Positions 52,358 to 64,000 of a stretch of 64,000 nt of DNA are shown here, piece by piece (position 1 is the first letter of the stretch; every line of letters begins with the position of its first letter). A program made the translations under genes and the position numbers. The DNA comes from Squalus acanthias (taxonomy: Eukaryota). The notes beneath the pieces are model-generated. The model was given only the letters and a program-made list of their open reading frames with translations. It was not told the origin of the DNA and did no database searches. Where the stretch lies: contig CM059429.1 in the NCBI GenBank assembly GCA_030390025.1, positions 27,838,001 to 27,902,000 on the forward strand. The letters are read 5' to 3'.

Positions 52358-53399
52358 TGGTATAATCAGCAAAGAAACAGTCACTTAATTGGGATTTAGT
52401 TGATTTAAGTGACATACAGCTTTTATGAAGCCCATTAAAGAAAGACACAGAAAAGGGCACTGTGTTACTTAGTCCATGCCATCACCAAAACCATCCAAAC
52501 CTTAAGCAATTGTCTGATACGGTGCTTTCTGTAAAAATATATTAATTAGGGAAAATTATAATGAACTTACCTATTTTCAATGAAAAGGCCACACAAAAGC
52601 CTGATAAAATTGATTCCTTAGAGTAAAGAAAGATATATTGCATATTTCCTGAATAAATGTAACTTTACTTAGATGCTATATGATAAAAGATTACTTATAT
52701 AGTAATTACAGTTAACAAATTCAAGGGCTATCTCATTAAAATGATTTGGTCCCACTCACAATTAAAGGCTTATGAGTCAAACTGATACTCACTGCTGATA
52801 TTGAAGAAAGATACTTTTAGTCACATCAGAATTCTGTTAATTTTAACAACATGATAATTAACATTAACAGAAAAAGCTGTTAAAATCACTGAGGACTGAA
52901 TGTCTTTGCAGCTAACATCTCACTTAGCATTATTCCCTTTAACTTGTAGCTATATTTTGAAGAGAATCCCACATAAAAAGAGGGCAGTTGGCTATGTAGG
53001 TTTTTGCATGAGTGGGTAAGCACTCTTGCAGTCCCACTTGGGATTTAAAGATCATACACACAAGCAACAAGATTCTTTCCACTGATAATGCCCATGGAGG
53101 TTTGCATTAAAAAGGGGTGAAAAACTGGGAAAACAGTTCTAGCATTGTCAGCTGGCAGTTTTAGCACTATTCCAAGTTTTCACTATTTTAGTGCTGACTG
53201 TTTAGTAATGAGAATTAAGATCCTGTCAACAGCTCTTAACACTATAAGTTACTGTCTCCTGTTCAGTCCAATAAATTATCCACTGACGCCCATTGCTCTC
53301 TACCCGAGTTGGAACTATTGACCTTCAGGGATATGTAAGCATACTGTACGCTGACCATACGTCCCCGGGCAAACAACGTCCCTGGAAGAGACCCCAGTT

Positions 53400-53700
53400 C
53401 AGAAAACTTGTCCCTATGTGGAGTCTTCGTTTTTTTTAAAACGCGAATGTGCTGAAACCCCGGGGGCAGATTCTCAGCCCGTTCCCGCCCGGTTTGAGCT
53501 CAGGAACAGATTCCAGGAGCCGGTTTCCCACAATGCAGCGTGGCGGAGAAAAGGCCCCATTGATTGCTCGGGCCGCACTGCACTCTGGGGGATTGAGTCA
53601 CCTGACCCCGTGTTTTGGCCAATAGTGACTGGCCAGAGGGCAGAACCTTTAAAATGCGTGGGAGAAGCCGAGGGCGCGTTGAGAGCTGGTGGGCGAGTGG
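53400..53700 (+). promoter_or_regulatory. Candidate Pol II promoter, CpG-enriched island
   Basis: TTCCCGCCC 53482, ZNF143/Staf-like TTCCCACAATGCAGCG 53525-53540 and an inverted site 53575-53589, TGAGTCA 53594, CCAAT 53619, TTTAAAA 53648. Confidence 0.6.
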
Positions 53701-55398
53701 ATTTACTTTACCTCAGAGATCAGCATGGTGCATCATGTTATTTTTACTGAATAAGGCAAGCTCTAAATTCTCCCACCAGAAAGAGGTTTCTGAAACCTTC
53801 TGAGAAAGAGGGTGTTTCACACCTTAAATGGAAAATCTCAGTCTGTTTGGAACCGATTTAAAATTGAGAAATTAAAAGTTAGGCTTTTCGGGGACGAGTA
53901 TAGGTGGTACAGCACTATTACCAGAACACACGCAAGATTCGAGATTTGATATAAAGTGAAAATGCCATTGTCTCTACGCATATTCCACTAGCAGAAGCAA
54001 CAAAGTCGTCATGCCGGTTTTCTTGAAACGCGTCCTGGCTACTTTGCTGTGCTCCCACCCTGTGTGTTCCCGGATTCGGTTTAGAAAATATGGTCACCCT
54101 AGCATACTGGTGAGTATTACTGTTGCAACATGTGCTCTCTTGCATCACCACAATAGACAGGGCACAACAGGCACAAAGTCCCTATAGAACACCTGTGGCC
54201 ACTTGCAAAACTACCTCTGAGGCTGTGTGAACAGGCCAAGAACCAGATACCTACTATTAATGAAGAAGCAATGCAGGCAAAGGCAGAGGCTATTCAGGCA
54301 GATGTTTACCAACTTGCACCATCTCCTGAACCTTCAGCTATGTTGATGTGACATCTTTAAGATCATATAAACAGAATCATAAAATAGATCCAAGCATGTT
54401 AAATAAAAAAAAATGTCTAGAGAGGAATTTGGCCTGAGCTTTAAGTACAGTGTCACTCATTTTAGTAATCAGCTTTATCTCATACCAAGGATGTGGTAAA
54501 GCTGGAGTATAACTTCAAGTTGGCAGGTGATGATGCGGAAGTGAATCAAAAATGAATTAAATGACTGACTCTGAAGGAGTCAGTCTTACACTGCTTGGAT
54601 TTCACACTATGTGGCATATAACTCTACTGAAATATCAAACCTGGTTTAAAAAATGGTCAGCAGTGCATTTTAAATTTATCCAAAGTTGACATAGTAACAC
54701 AAATGTTTAGAGACTGCAGATGTTCCCATTCACTCTCAAAATATTTAAATGTTAACAACTTGTAGGGCATGCATGCAGAGAACTCTCCTGTGTGGGAGAA
54801 TTCCAGTCAAGAGCCAGGCAGTACATAAACAAGACGTAATGCACCCTAAAACTGGTGTGCAGAAGCCTTATACATTTATGATCAATTTTTCCTAATTATT
54901 GCAGCTGAATTCATGCAACTTTCTCCCCAGCCCACAATTCTTTGAATTCTTCTATATAGCCATGACCTTTACCAACATCTTTTAAGTAGTTCACTATAAG
55001 GAAAATGGCTGCCTCAGATAGTGCAAGATCAGGAGAAACAAGAACTATACAGGAATATTCCTATGAGAATGGCAGACCAGATTTTAGCTATAGCTCAACT
55101 GCTCAAACTTTAAGTGCTGACCTTTGACGAATTTTTACTTTTGTAGTGCTAATGCAAGATATGAATCATAGACCTGTCAAATCTCATTCCCCCCCACCCC
55201 ATCTTGTCACTTGTGAATCTCACAGCAAACTACTGACAGATAAAAAAAACACTCAGCATTGTAGGAAATGGCAGCTATAGTCTGCCCTCTTCCTTTGTCA
55301 GCAAGATTACTATTTAAAATCTCCTCCACCCATCAGCAAGATTAGTGGGATAACTGTATGAATATCCACCATCCCCAGCCTCCAAGCTAACTCTCAAA

Positions 55399-56012
55399 TA
55401 GAGTCATAACAGCACAGAAGGAGGCCATTTGGCCCATCGAGTCCGTGCTGGCTCTCTGTAGAGCAATCCAGTCAGTCCCATTCCCCCGCTCTATCCCCGT
55501 AGCCCTGCAAGTTTATTTCCCTCAAGTGCCTATCCAGTCTCCCCTTGAAAACATTGAGTGTCTCCGCTTCCACCACTTCCGTTGGCAGTGAATTCCAGGT
55601 CCTCACCACTCGCTGCTTAAAAAAGGTTTTCCTCACATTCCCCCTGTATCTCTTGCCCAAAACCTTAAATCTGTGTCCCCTAGACCTTGTACCATCAACT
55701 AGTGGGAACAGCCTTTTCCCGTCTAGCCTATCCAAACCCGTCATAATCTTGTACAGCTCTATCAAATCACCTCTCAACCTCCTTTGCTCTAATGAAAACA
55801 AATCCAGCTTCTCCAACCTGTCCTTGTAGCTAAGATCCCCCATCCCCGGAACCATTCTGGTAAATCTCCTCTGCACCCTCTCAAGTGCCTTCACATCCTT
55901 CCGAAAGTGTGGTGACCAGAACTGGACGCAATACTCCAGTTATGGCCTAACCAGCGCCTTATAAAGGTTCAGCATAACTTCTCTACTTTTGTACTCAATA
56001 CCTCTATTTATG
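55399..56012 (-). mobile_element. Young CR1 3' fragment, same subfamily as 3820-5058
   Basis: ORF 55472-55894 nearly identical to the C-terminus of 4162-4974. Confidence 0.95.
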
Positions 56013-56473
56013 ACGAGGTTGAAAGTCTAAAATTAACACTTTAACTTTTATGTTCAAAGACAAACTCTGTAACAATTCCATTAATACTACAGGAGAATTA
56101 CAGGGGGAAGAAAAATGTGATCACAGTGGCGAAAAAAATGTTGACAACTTCAGCCTACCAGTCTCCTACTCTGCCACTTTTGTCCTGGCTAACCTTCAAT
56201 CTGTTTAACAGGACTTAACTTCACAATCTGGATCCAATTGCATTGTTCTAAAAAGCTGACAGAAGTATGAAATGAAAAATGTTCAGTGTGCTTACACACT
56301 TGTGTAATTTTTCCTTCCAGTCTTCAGTTTCCTATTGGAGCTTGTGAAAAGTAGCTACATAGCCTGGAAATTACAGTCAATGTAAGCACTTATGGCACTG
56401 GGAACTGTGCATGTGTTTGGGGGGTGGGGTGGGAGCAGAAAATTGTGATCCCTGATTATAATCACTCAGCAAT

Positions 56474-56717
56474 TGGTGGCCGTGCCTTCTGTTGCCTGGG
56501 CCCCAAGCTCCGGAATTCCCTGCCTAAACCTCTCCGCCTCTCTTTCCTCTTTTAAGACGCTCCTTAAAACCTACCTCTTTGACTAAGCTTTTGGTCACCT
56601 GCCCTAATTTCTGCTTATGTGGCTCGGTGTCAAATTTTTTGTCTTATAATACTCCTGTGAAGCGCCTTGGGACGTTTTACTACGTTAAAGGCGCTATATA
56701 AATACAAGTTGTTGTTT
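56474..56717 (+). mobile_element. L2 3' end
   Basis: GTGAAGCGCCTTGGGACGTTTTACTACGTTAAAGGCGCTATATAAATACAAGTTGTTGTT. Confidence 0.88.
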
Positions 56718-58079
56718 TAATGCAAGAATAGCAAAAAGGATACCAGGACTGTCTGCCCGCACCTACTAATATGTTAAAATTATCTATAGGTCCAGGCAAA
56801 GCCACTATCTCCACAGCTCAAGTTCAGTATGCAGGTAGTTGCAAAGGTGTGCTATCTGCTTCAAAGAAACCTCCATCAAACCTTCACCATAGGGACAGCA
56901 CTGCTAGTGGCAGTCAAAGCCCCTGACTTTTATAGTTCTTCCATACTAGTAGAGGAGCTATCTTCAGTATCAATTTGCTGTCCACAAATGTATCAAGCAG
57001 GTGGCTGATGCTTCATTTAACAGGTCGCACACCTTCATCTCCTTTTCCTTTGAACAGCATAACAGCATAAATTCTATCATGATTGTGTTCCATCAATGTG
57101 CAGCTAGTCAGTGACCACCAACACCACATCATGCAGGTTAGTGTCCGCTTCCCAGGCAGCAGCCAGAAAGCTGTAATTTTAAGGCAATCAACTAAAAATG
57201 GCTTCTCACTTTCTCACACATCTACTGCCACTTGCACAGAAAGATTGGATGGGCATTGTCCTGAGAGACAGCAGGCTCCTTAATATCTGCTCCACGCAGG
57301 GTTGATAACCCTTCCTGCACAACTACACAGATGCAGCAAATGGTCCCCTCCACACTCCTAGGGTATTTTGAATGGACTCAAGTGGCTCCTATAGATTGAT
57401 CTACTCAGGCAACAATCTCTTTATCTGTAGACTGTGAGGTTTGAAGTGGTTTGCTAGAGGATGCCCTTCAGTAACAAAGAGAATTGTTCTTTTCACTCAC
57501 TTCCTGTAGCTCGAGCATCAGTGCAGCTGAGGAAGGAAATGAGTTGAACTTTTATGTTTCTGCTCCTCCAAAGCCACCACAACTTGCTCTTCCTCACCCT
57601 TGACACTGCAACGTACCAAATGGTAGCACCTAAGCTCACTATCTAAGTTCTCCAAGGTGTTTGTAGCTGTGCTGGTGCTTGTAAAAGCTGGTGAGAATGA
57701 AGGAAAGTATGGTGAGACGCTCGCTTGCTTGGGCGACTGGAAGTGAAAGCAAGTTTTCTTTAAGACCTACAAAAATAGGAGAGGACCACGGGTTATAATT
57801 CCTTGACATAGTTCCTTGCAGCTGTCAACATAAGGATATTCATTCTGTCAGTCTAAGCAATATTCAAACCCAGGGCCTACAAAGAATTCCATGAGCTCTA
57901 TGTACCTTTTAAAGGGTGAAGGAGGTAGGGAGAGGTTTTAAGGTCGTTGTTGGTAGTAGGGAAAAGCCTGGGGTTACCTTTGCTCTCCAGGATGATCCGA
58001 GTAGTGGGCGTTTGGCAGAGGAGAGTGAGTCCTGGTAGTGGGCATTTCTGGACAGCACAAATCCCCAGCACAGACCTGC

Positions 58080-58800
58080 CCATAATTTAATACGAATTGG
58101 CACTAGAGGACAATCTAACTCAAGGATCACTAAAAAGATAGTTTGTGTGAGAAATAAAAATATCACACTGATACAATAGAAGTTGGCATGAAGGCATGTG
58201 ATCATATAATCCACAAATCAGTTGGGTGGTTAACCCACTAGATGAATATATGGAAATCTGTCAACAGCATACAAGTACTACCATGATGCTGCCCCATGGT
58301 GTGGTAGCATATTGGTTTATTGTGCTTGTGCATGTCACATGGATAGTTCCAAATTAAAATTATGTTACTGTAAAGACAAAATGACTTCCCTAGGGTGGAA
58401 GAATAGGATCAAGGCATATTGTTTGGTCAACCCAGAGAGAGCTCCAAGCCACAAGAAGCTTTCACAATGGGTTGTCCCATGGAAATTACTCCTTTGTTTT
58501 TTGGAGGGGGAAGTAAACAAGAAGCCACAGAGGAATGTCAGCCAGTTGAGGATGCACCAGAAGCAGACTGCGTACGTCCAGTATTTACAGGGAAAAGCAC
58601 ACTATCCTGGATTTGTCAGAGGGTCTGTCTGCAGATGCTCTGAATCACCAGGGATGGCAGTGACAGAATGTACCATCTGCTGCAAGTATAGCTGCAGAGG
58701 GTTCCACAGAATGGCATACAGGGACAACCTCCTTGCTATCACCTCATGCAGCAGCTTTATTTCACCAGTAATTAAACAGGGGGTTCACTTGTTGCGCTGC
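58080..58800 (+). mobile_element. Possible very old L1/Tx1-clade ORF2 C-terminal remnant
   Basis: Fragmentary W-VVPW..YSFV and LNHQ..MAVTEC motifs across frames; weak. Confidence 0.3.
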
Positions 58801-59115
58801 TCCATCCCTTGACCAAAAACTTACTTTTCCAGTCTTCACATTAATTGTGTCAGTTCCTTGGTTTTGTTATGCATAGAAAAAACACAGAAACAGGCCATTC
58901 GGCCCATTCAGTCCATGTGGGCATCTACCCTCCACACAAACAAATAGTCCTGATCATATTTACTCACTCTATTCACATATTCCTTCATTTCCTTTATCTA
59001 CTTATCCAATCTAATCTTGAATGTTGACATAGTTTCTGCCTCAACAATTACCCCTAGAAATGAATTCCACAGCATTCCACTCAAATCACTAATTTCAGTC
59101 ACAATGAATGAATAA

Positions 59116-59268
59116 CTGCTCGAGTATGATAGGGAGATGGAGCGGAGGCAGCGAAGAAGAGGACAAGATGCTCGCAGATGGAGGAGGAGGAGTGGCAGGA
59201 GGGCTCTCAGCAGTCGGCTTTACCCACCTAGGGTCTTCCGAGAACACTTCTCCTACCTGCACTTAAAC
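59116..59268 (+). pseudogene. Fragment resembling the N-terminus of a Harbinger (HARBI1-like) transposase
   Basis: Open frame MERRQRRRGQDARRWRRRSGRRALSSRLYPPRVFREHFSYLHL; GC-rich patch in AT-rich DNA. Confidence 0.55.
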
Positions 59269-59690
59269 TTGCCTGCTGAGAGCAAGTATTTGTAACAGCC
59301 TTCATCAAGCTTTATATTATGGTCAATCACACACTTATCATACTCATTAAAAAACAACTAAAACATTATTTCCACAGTACCGTTTTAATATAGTACTCTC
59401 TCACTGCAATATTCTCTGAAGTACCAGGCCCTACAAATGGTTCCTTCTCTAACAAAAATTATATAACAACCCTCTCTATATCGCATTTTTGCAACATGAT
59501 TCTTGTATATTTTTAAACACAGACTTTGAGAGTGAGTCAGGTGCAGTATGTGCATGTTACAACTATGTTTTCATTTTCAGTAACATAAGAGTTAAGTAGA
59601 TCTGGCACATGCAAATGGTTAAATGGCAGCGATAACAAACAATTTCTGCTTAAATTTAAGTCACATCAATCTAATTTGAGCTCCCTTACC

Positions 59691-59764
59691 TTGTAAACAA
59701 GACTGAAAGTTACCAATTAAGATGGTTTAGAGTTGCTATAGCAACAAGAGGTTGCCATAGCAAT
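59691..59764. promoter_or_regulatory. Tandem RFX X-boxes with an adjacent forkhead motif
   Basis: TGTAAACAA ~59692, GTTGCTATAGCAAC 59732-59745, GTTGCCATAGCAAT 59751-59764. Confidence 0.6.
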
Positions 59765-61029
59765 AGTAGTGAATCTGCAAGAAGAAAATGTTCACACTTC
59801 TGTTGAAGTGTAAGGCAACAGGTTTAAATTTACAGCTGTTTCATATTGAAATGTAGCCAAATGGATTAGCATAAAGCTCAGTCAACATTGGTATGCAGAG
59901 TGAAACTGCTACAATGTTAAATAGTGAGGGTATCATACAGTACTCCTAACATTAAGTGTAGGTGTACAAAATGGATAAATAAAAGTAAGATTTCCTACTG
60001 ATGAGTGAGTGGGGCTGAAGGAGGTCAAGCACAGCTAATGTCACCATGCAGCTATGTGGATTTCTTGACAATCTTAGTGGATGACAGGACATAAATTTAA
60101 CCAACTTATCCAATGGCTTCCCGGCTTGGTGCATCATTGAGTCATATAGACCCGACAGTCCCAAGATCAATCTCTGATCTACAAAGTTATCTAAACTGAA
60201 TCAGGGTGTTGGTAGAGCCAATACACTGGCCTCAGACAGATGGAAAATAACAGCCAAAGCTGCCATTCCCATACATGCACACCAAGAAAAGCTGACATTT
60301 CCCCAAAGAAGTGGACAACTTCAAAATAACCTTCAATATAAAAACAACTAATTACACTGCAGGTGTAGTGGAATGCAGGCTTGTAACTTAATTTGTAGGT
60401 ATACCCAACATCCTTTCACTTGTATTGTCGGAAATAAACCAGAAATGTATGAAAATCCAAAAGGTGTTCAAGGTTTCATTTTCTAAGCAGTCTGGGAACA
60501 TGCTCCAGCCCCAGATAATATGAATCTTTGATACTACATTTTGGTGTCTACAATTAATATGGATAATGATCTTATTAAATCTATTTATTGAAAACCACAC
60601 TCTTTTTACCATTTCGGAATTAGTTATTTTTCTTTATATTTTAAAATGTCTTTCAGTTGCAGCAGATAATCTATTACTGGGAAAAAAGTTTGCATTAAAA
60701 AAAAAAATTGGCTAATAGCAAATGGGGGAATCAGTCTAGTCAGCGGGTAGGCTGTTTAGGCACATAATTAGAATTGTACACAGTCCTTCTGAATGCTGCA
60801 CCCTCCTGCCCCACAACAATGGGCAGTACATTTCTGGGGTAGGGGGATTCGGGGCATGTCCCCTCAGAATATTTGGGATGTTTACATTGCGCACTGTGAG
60901 TAATTCTAAACACTATTATTTCACAATTGATAGACTTTTAATTTTAAAAAATAGGCAAAGTAAGACGAATTTAGGTTTTCAATCAACCAGATCAATGCTT
61001 CCATAACAGCAACCACCCTCCTTCACAGA

Positions 61030-61440
61030 GCCATTTGCCCTCCAACCTTTGTGTGAAGAATTTCCTGATATCAGTCCTCCACTTACATTATACTAGTTTG
61101 AACCTGTGTGTTTGTTTTATTTCCACAGCTTAAGTTAAAATAATATTCTGGGTTTCCTTTTTCTATAACCTTAACAATCTTATATACCTTTATAAGATCA
61201 CCTCTCAGACACCTTCTTTCTAAGCTGAATAGCCCAAGCTTATTCAGTCTTTCCTCATAACTTAAATCCCTGACACTAGGGGGGTGAAATCCGTCTTGGG
61301 CAGTAGTGCAAATGGGCAATGGAAAAGAAAATTAGGTGGGGTGTAAAACAGGCTGCCAATGCGCCATCGCCCGCTTGGTGCTACAGCCCGAGACAAATTT
61401 CATCCCCTAGGAATCAGCCTCATGGTTCTTCATTGCACTA
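61030..61440 (-). mobile_element. Degenerate CR1 fragment
   Basis: RDLSYEERLNKLGLFSLERRCLRGDLIKVYKI. Confidence 0.8.
61279..61407. mobile_element. ~128-bp Harbinger-type mini-MITE
   Basis: GGGGGTGAAAT / ATTTCATCCCC termini, CTA/TAG duplication, interrupts CR1. Confidence 0.75.
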
Positions 61441-61479
61441 CTTGAATGATGAATTAAACCACAATATTACATTTGAAAT

Positions 61480-62100
61480 TGACACACACTCTAGAACCAG
61501 GGGACACGAGCTCAAGTTTAGAAGAGTGACGGTGCACAGGCAGCATAGACTACTTTACACGGAGGATGGAGAATGTGGGGAATGGACTGCCCAGGGAGGC
61601 TGTGGAAGCAAATACAGGAAACTCTCTTTTAACCGGCACCCAAATAACCGGAAATCTCTCTTAACCGGCAAAATTCTTGAGTAGGTAACCGAGGTTTTCC
61701 TTCATCTCTCCTTTAAAAATAACTTAAAAAAAACCCCCGAGGCATTTGCCTTGTATCGGAGCGTGTAGATTGGGAGGGGAATGTGCAGCCCGGGTAGGCA
61801 GCGTACACGACAGATGGTCAGCTGGCGGTCCCCGGGGAGACGGAGCTCCGAATGCAGGCGCATGTCAGTCTGTACGGGGCTCTTGTACGTTGGGAGATAT
61901 AACTCTCCGTTATCCGGACTTTTTGATTAACCGGCACCACGCCGGTCCCGTCGGTGCCGGTTAATAAAGAGTTTCCTGTAGTGTGAAAACTTTAAGGAAG
62001 AATTTAGTAGATATTTAAGTGAGTGGGCGTTTGAGAGGTAGTAGTTTTTGGGACTGGCCAGATGGATTAGAGCTTTTTTCTAATCCTGTATTTTCTTCTG
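61480..62100 (+). mobile_element. Degenerate CR1 3' fragment
   Basis: SRTRGHELK frame and decayed tail. Confidence 0.65.
61615..61978. mobile_element. Tc1/mariner-pogo (Tigger-like) MITE
   Basis: TA TSD; TIR CAGGAAACTCTCTTTTAACCGGCACC / GGTGCCGGTTAATAAAGAGTTTCCTG; internal TTAACCGG repeats. Confidence 0.88.
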
Positions 62101-63199
62101 TTCCTGTTTCTTGCCTCCAAGAAATAGTCACTTACTTTAAGCAACTGTGGATGTCACCCACCCAAGACATAAAATTGCAGTGAATTTAAATACAAGAGGG
62201 CAAAAAGTTTAGATTATTTTCTTTATCATCATAATGCTAATGCTGGTTGCTGTGCTCACAACCATACAATGATAAACCATTCATCAATCAAAAGTCATAA
62301 CGTTCAAAGAAAATCACCCGTGCTAAATCCACTGAAATGTCTAAGAGCTAAAATGTGTTTTCAGCCAGGTCTATTGATATTGTACCTTTCCTTGACTTCA
62401 AACATTTACTCATACCTTCAGAACCAATGGAACATGTTCTACACCTACCCATCCTGCTTTGCTCTTTTGAAGTAGGTATAAAGCCAAAGCATTTACGTCA
62501 TATTTCACTTTTCAAAAAGAGAAGCTTCACTTTGTAATGAAGAATTCATAAAGTCTGCGGGTGATAAAAGAGCTGCAGCTCTCTCAAATGTTTGAGCTCT
62601 GGAAGGGAAGGGCGAACTAGTTTCTAGCAATGTGCCAATCAAAGCTCCTACTGATATGCAAGACATTGAAGGAAGAAAATGTGCTAAGGAACTGTGGAAG
62701 TAATTTGTTCTATTTCATGAAATTAAATTGAATGTTTCCTTTGTACTTACTTTCTAAATGAATAAAACAAAACAAATATTAATAGAGGTATACCAGCTTA
62801 GATACAGCTACAGTATACCTGTCTGTCACTGCTAAGATCTGAGTCTATGTTGTTCTAGTTTGCCTTTACATTTCTTAATGGTAAATTTTTCTTCTGATCA
62901 AGGTGAAGGATGGTAGTGCTGGAACGGAATATTTTTCCAGTCAGAACAGCATGCAATACAGGTTTGTTGCAGTTTAGAGTTTGCTCTTGATCATGCCAGC
63001 TATGTGCCATAATTTTAATCATAGAAAGGCAGAGTGACAGTTCTATGTCCTACATCAGCCATCTGAGTAAGTTTACTCAAATAGTGCCAAATCATACCAA
63101 CTCAAATATACCCAACTATTGCATGCAACTCTTATTGTTCCAAAAGATTACTGAACTGAATTTTTAAAAGACCCAAAGGAGAGATGTGTCTAAATTTAT

Positions 63200-63583
63200 A
63201 AAACTTCCCCTCTCCCAATTTTCTCCCTTCCTCTCTTAAAGGAGCTGACTTTGTGGTACTGCCATACGACTTCATGGGCATCAACAGCCTTCTGGTTCCT
63301 TACACAGGTGACCATTATTCAAGTAGGAGTCCAGAAACATCTGAACCAGATCCTGTCGTCAGTTGATATCCAAAGACATACACTTTCCAGCTGGAGACAC
63401 CAAATCAAAATCAGGAGCACGAACCTTGGCTGAATTTTCCCTTCCTAACTCGAGAGCCATGACGATTCAATTGTAAAGCTCCCCACTGCTGGCCCAGCTA
63501 AAACCAATTAACTCAGCACAGGCCAGGGATTGAACCTGGGATCTTTCTGCTTAGAACCACACCCACTAAGCCATCAAGGGAGT
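63200..63583 (-). mobile_element. Old tRNA-headed SINE (third family), best-preserved head
   Basis: Minus strand A-box TGGCTTAGTGG and B-box GGTTCAATCCC. Confidence 0.7.
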
Positions 63584-63589
63584 CAAGTC

Positions 63590-64000
63590 TGGAAAGATAG
63601 AGGGAAGGAAAAAAAGGAGGGATAGCAGATTTTATTAAGGAAAATATTACAATGCTAGAAAGAGAGAATGTCCTTGAGAGATCAAAGACAGAATCTATTT
63701 GGTTGGAGTTGAGAAACAATAAAGGAGCTATTATGCTACTTGGTGTATTTTATAGGCCACCAAATAGTGGGATGGAGACAGAGGAGCAGATTTGCAAAGA
63801 AATTACAGAGAGGTGCAAGAACTATAGAGTAGTGATAATGGGAGACTTTAACTACCTCAATATTGAATGGGGCAGTGATTGTGTTAAGGGCAGAGAAGGG
63901 GAGGAATTTCTGAACTGTCTTCAGGGAAATTTTCTTCATCAGTATGTTTCCTGCCCAACAAGGAAGGAGGCATTGCTGGATCTAGTCCTGGAGAATTAAG
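63590..64000 (+). mobile_element. CR1 ORF2 APE endonuclease region, runs off the window
   Basis: ESIWLEL..GVFYRPPN..VVIMGDFN..PTRKEALLDLVL. Confidence 0.92.

Noticed and set aside
53680-54150. Telomerase RNA, vault RNA, Y RNA or snRNA gene behind the Staf-like sites
   Set aside because: No CTAACCCT template, no convincing B-box or correctly spaced PSE, and no recognisable family sequence
58312-58812. 166-aa ORF as a host exon
   Set aside because: No clear domain or splice context; more likely a decayed retroelement or a chance ORF

Overview
Non-coding, repeat-dense vertebrate DNA, almost certainly from a shark or other elasmobranch (HE1/V-SINE, Deu-domain SINE and shark-type CR1 LINEs). I found no intact host protein-coding exon; every long ORF belongs to a retroelement. 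The window holds many CR1, L2 and CR1/L2-group LINE fragments (several nested), three SINE families, a set of GGG-terminated Harbinger-type MITEs with 3-bp TSDs, a Tigger-like MITE and two families of Penelope-like elements (PLEs). The most striking structure is a series of PLE insertions from 0.13 to 2.9 kb with 12-15 bp TSDs. Several are fold-back palindromes with an unpaired 33-44 nt tail, most carry minimal hammerhead ribozyme motifs, and the fold-back point often lies at the ribozyme. Unique sequence contains a motif-rich promoter-like island (~53.4-53.7 kb) followed by a long hairpin, and several strong RFX X-box palindromes. All calls were made by eye; boundaries of old repeats are approximate.
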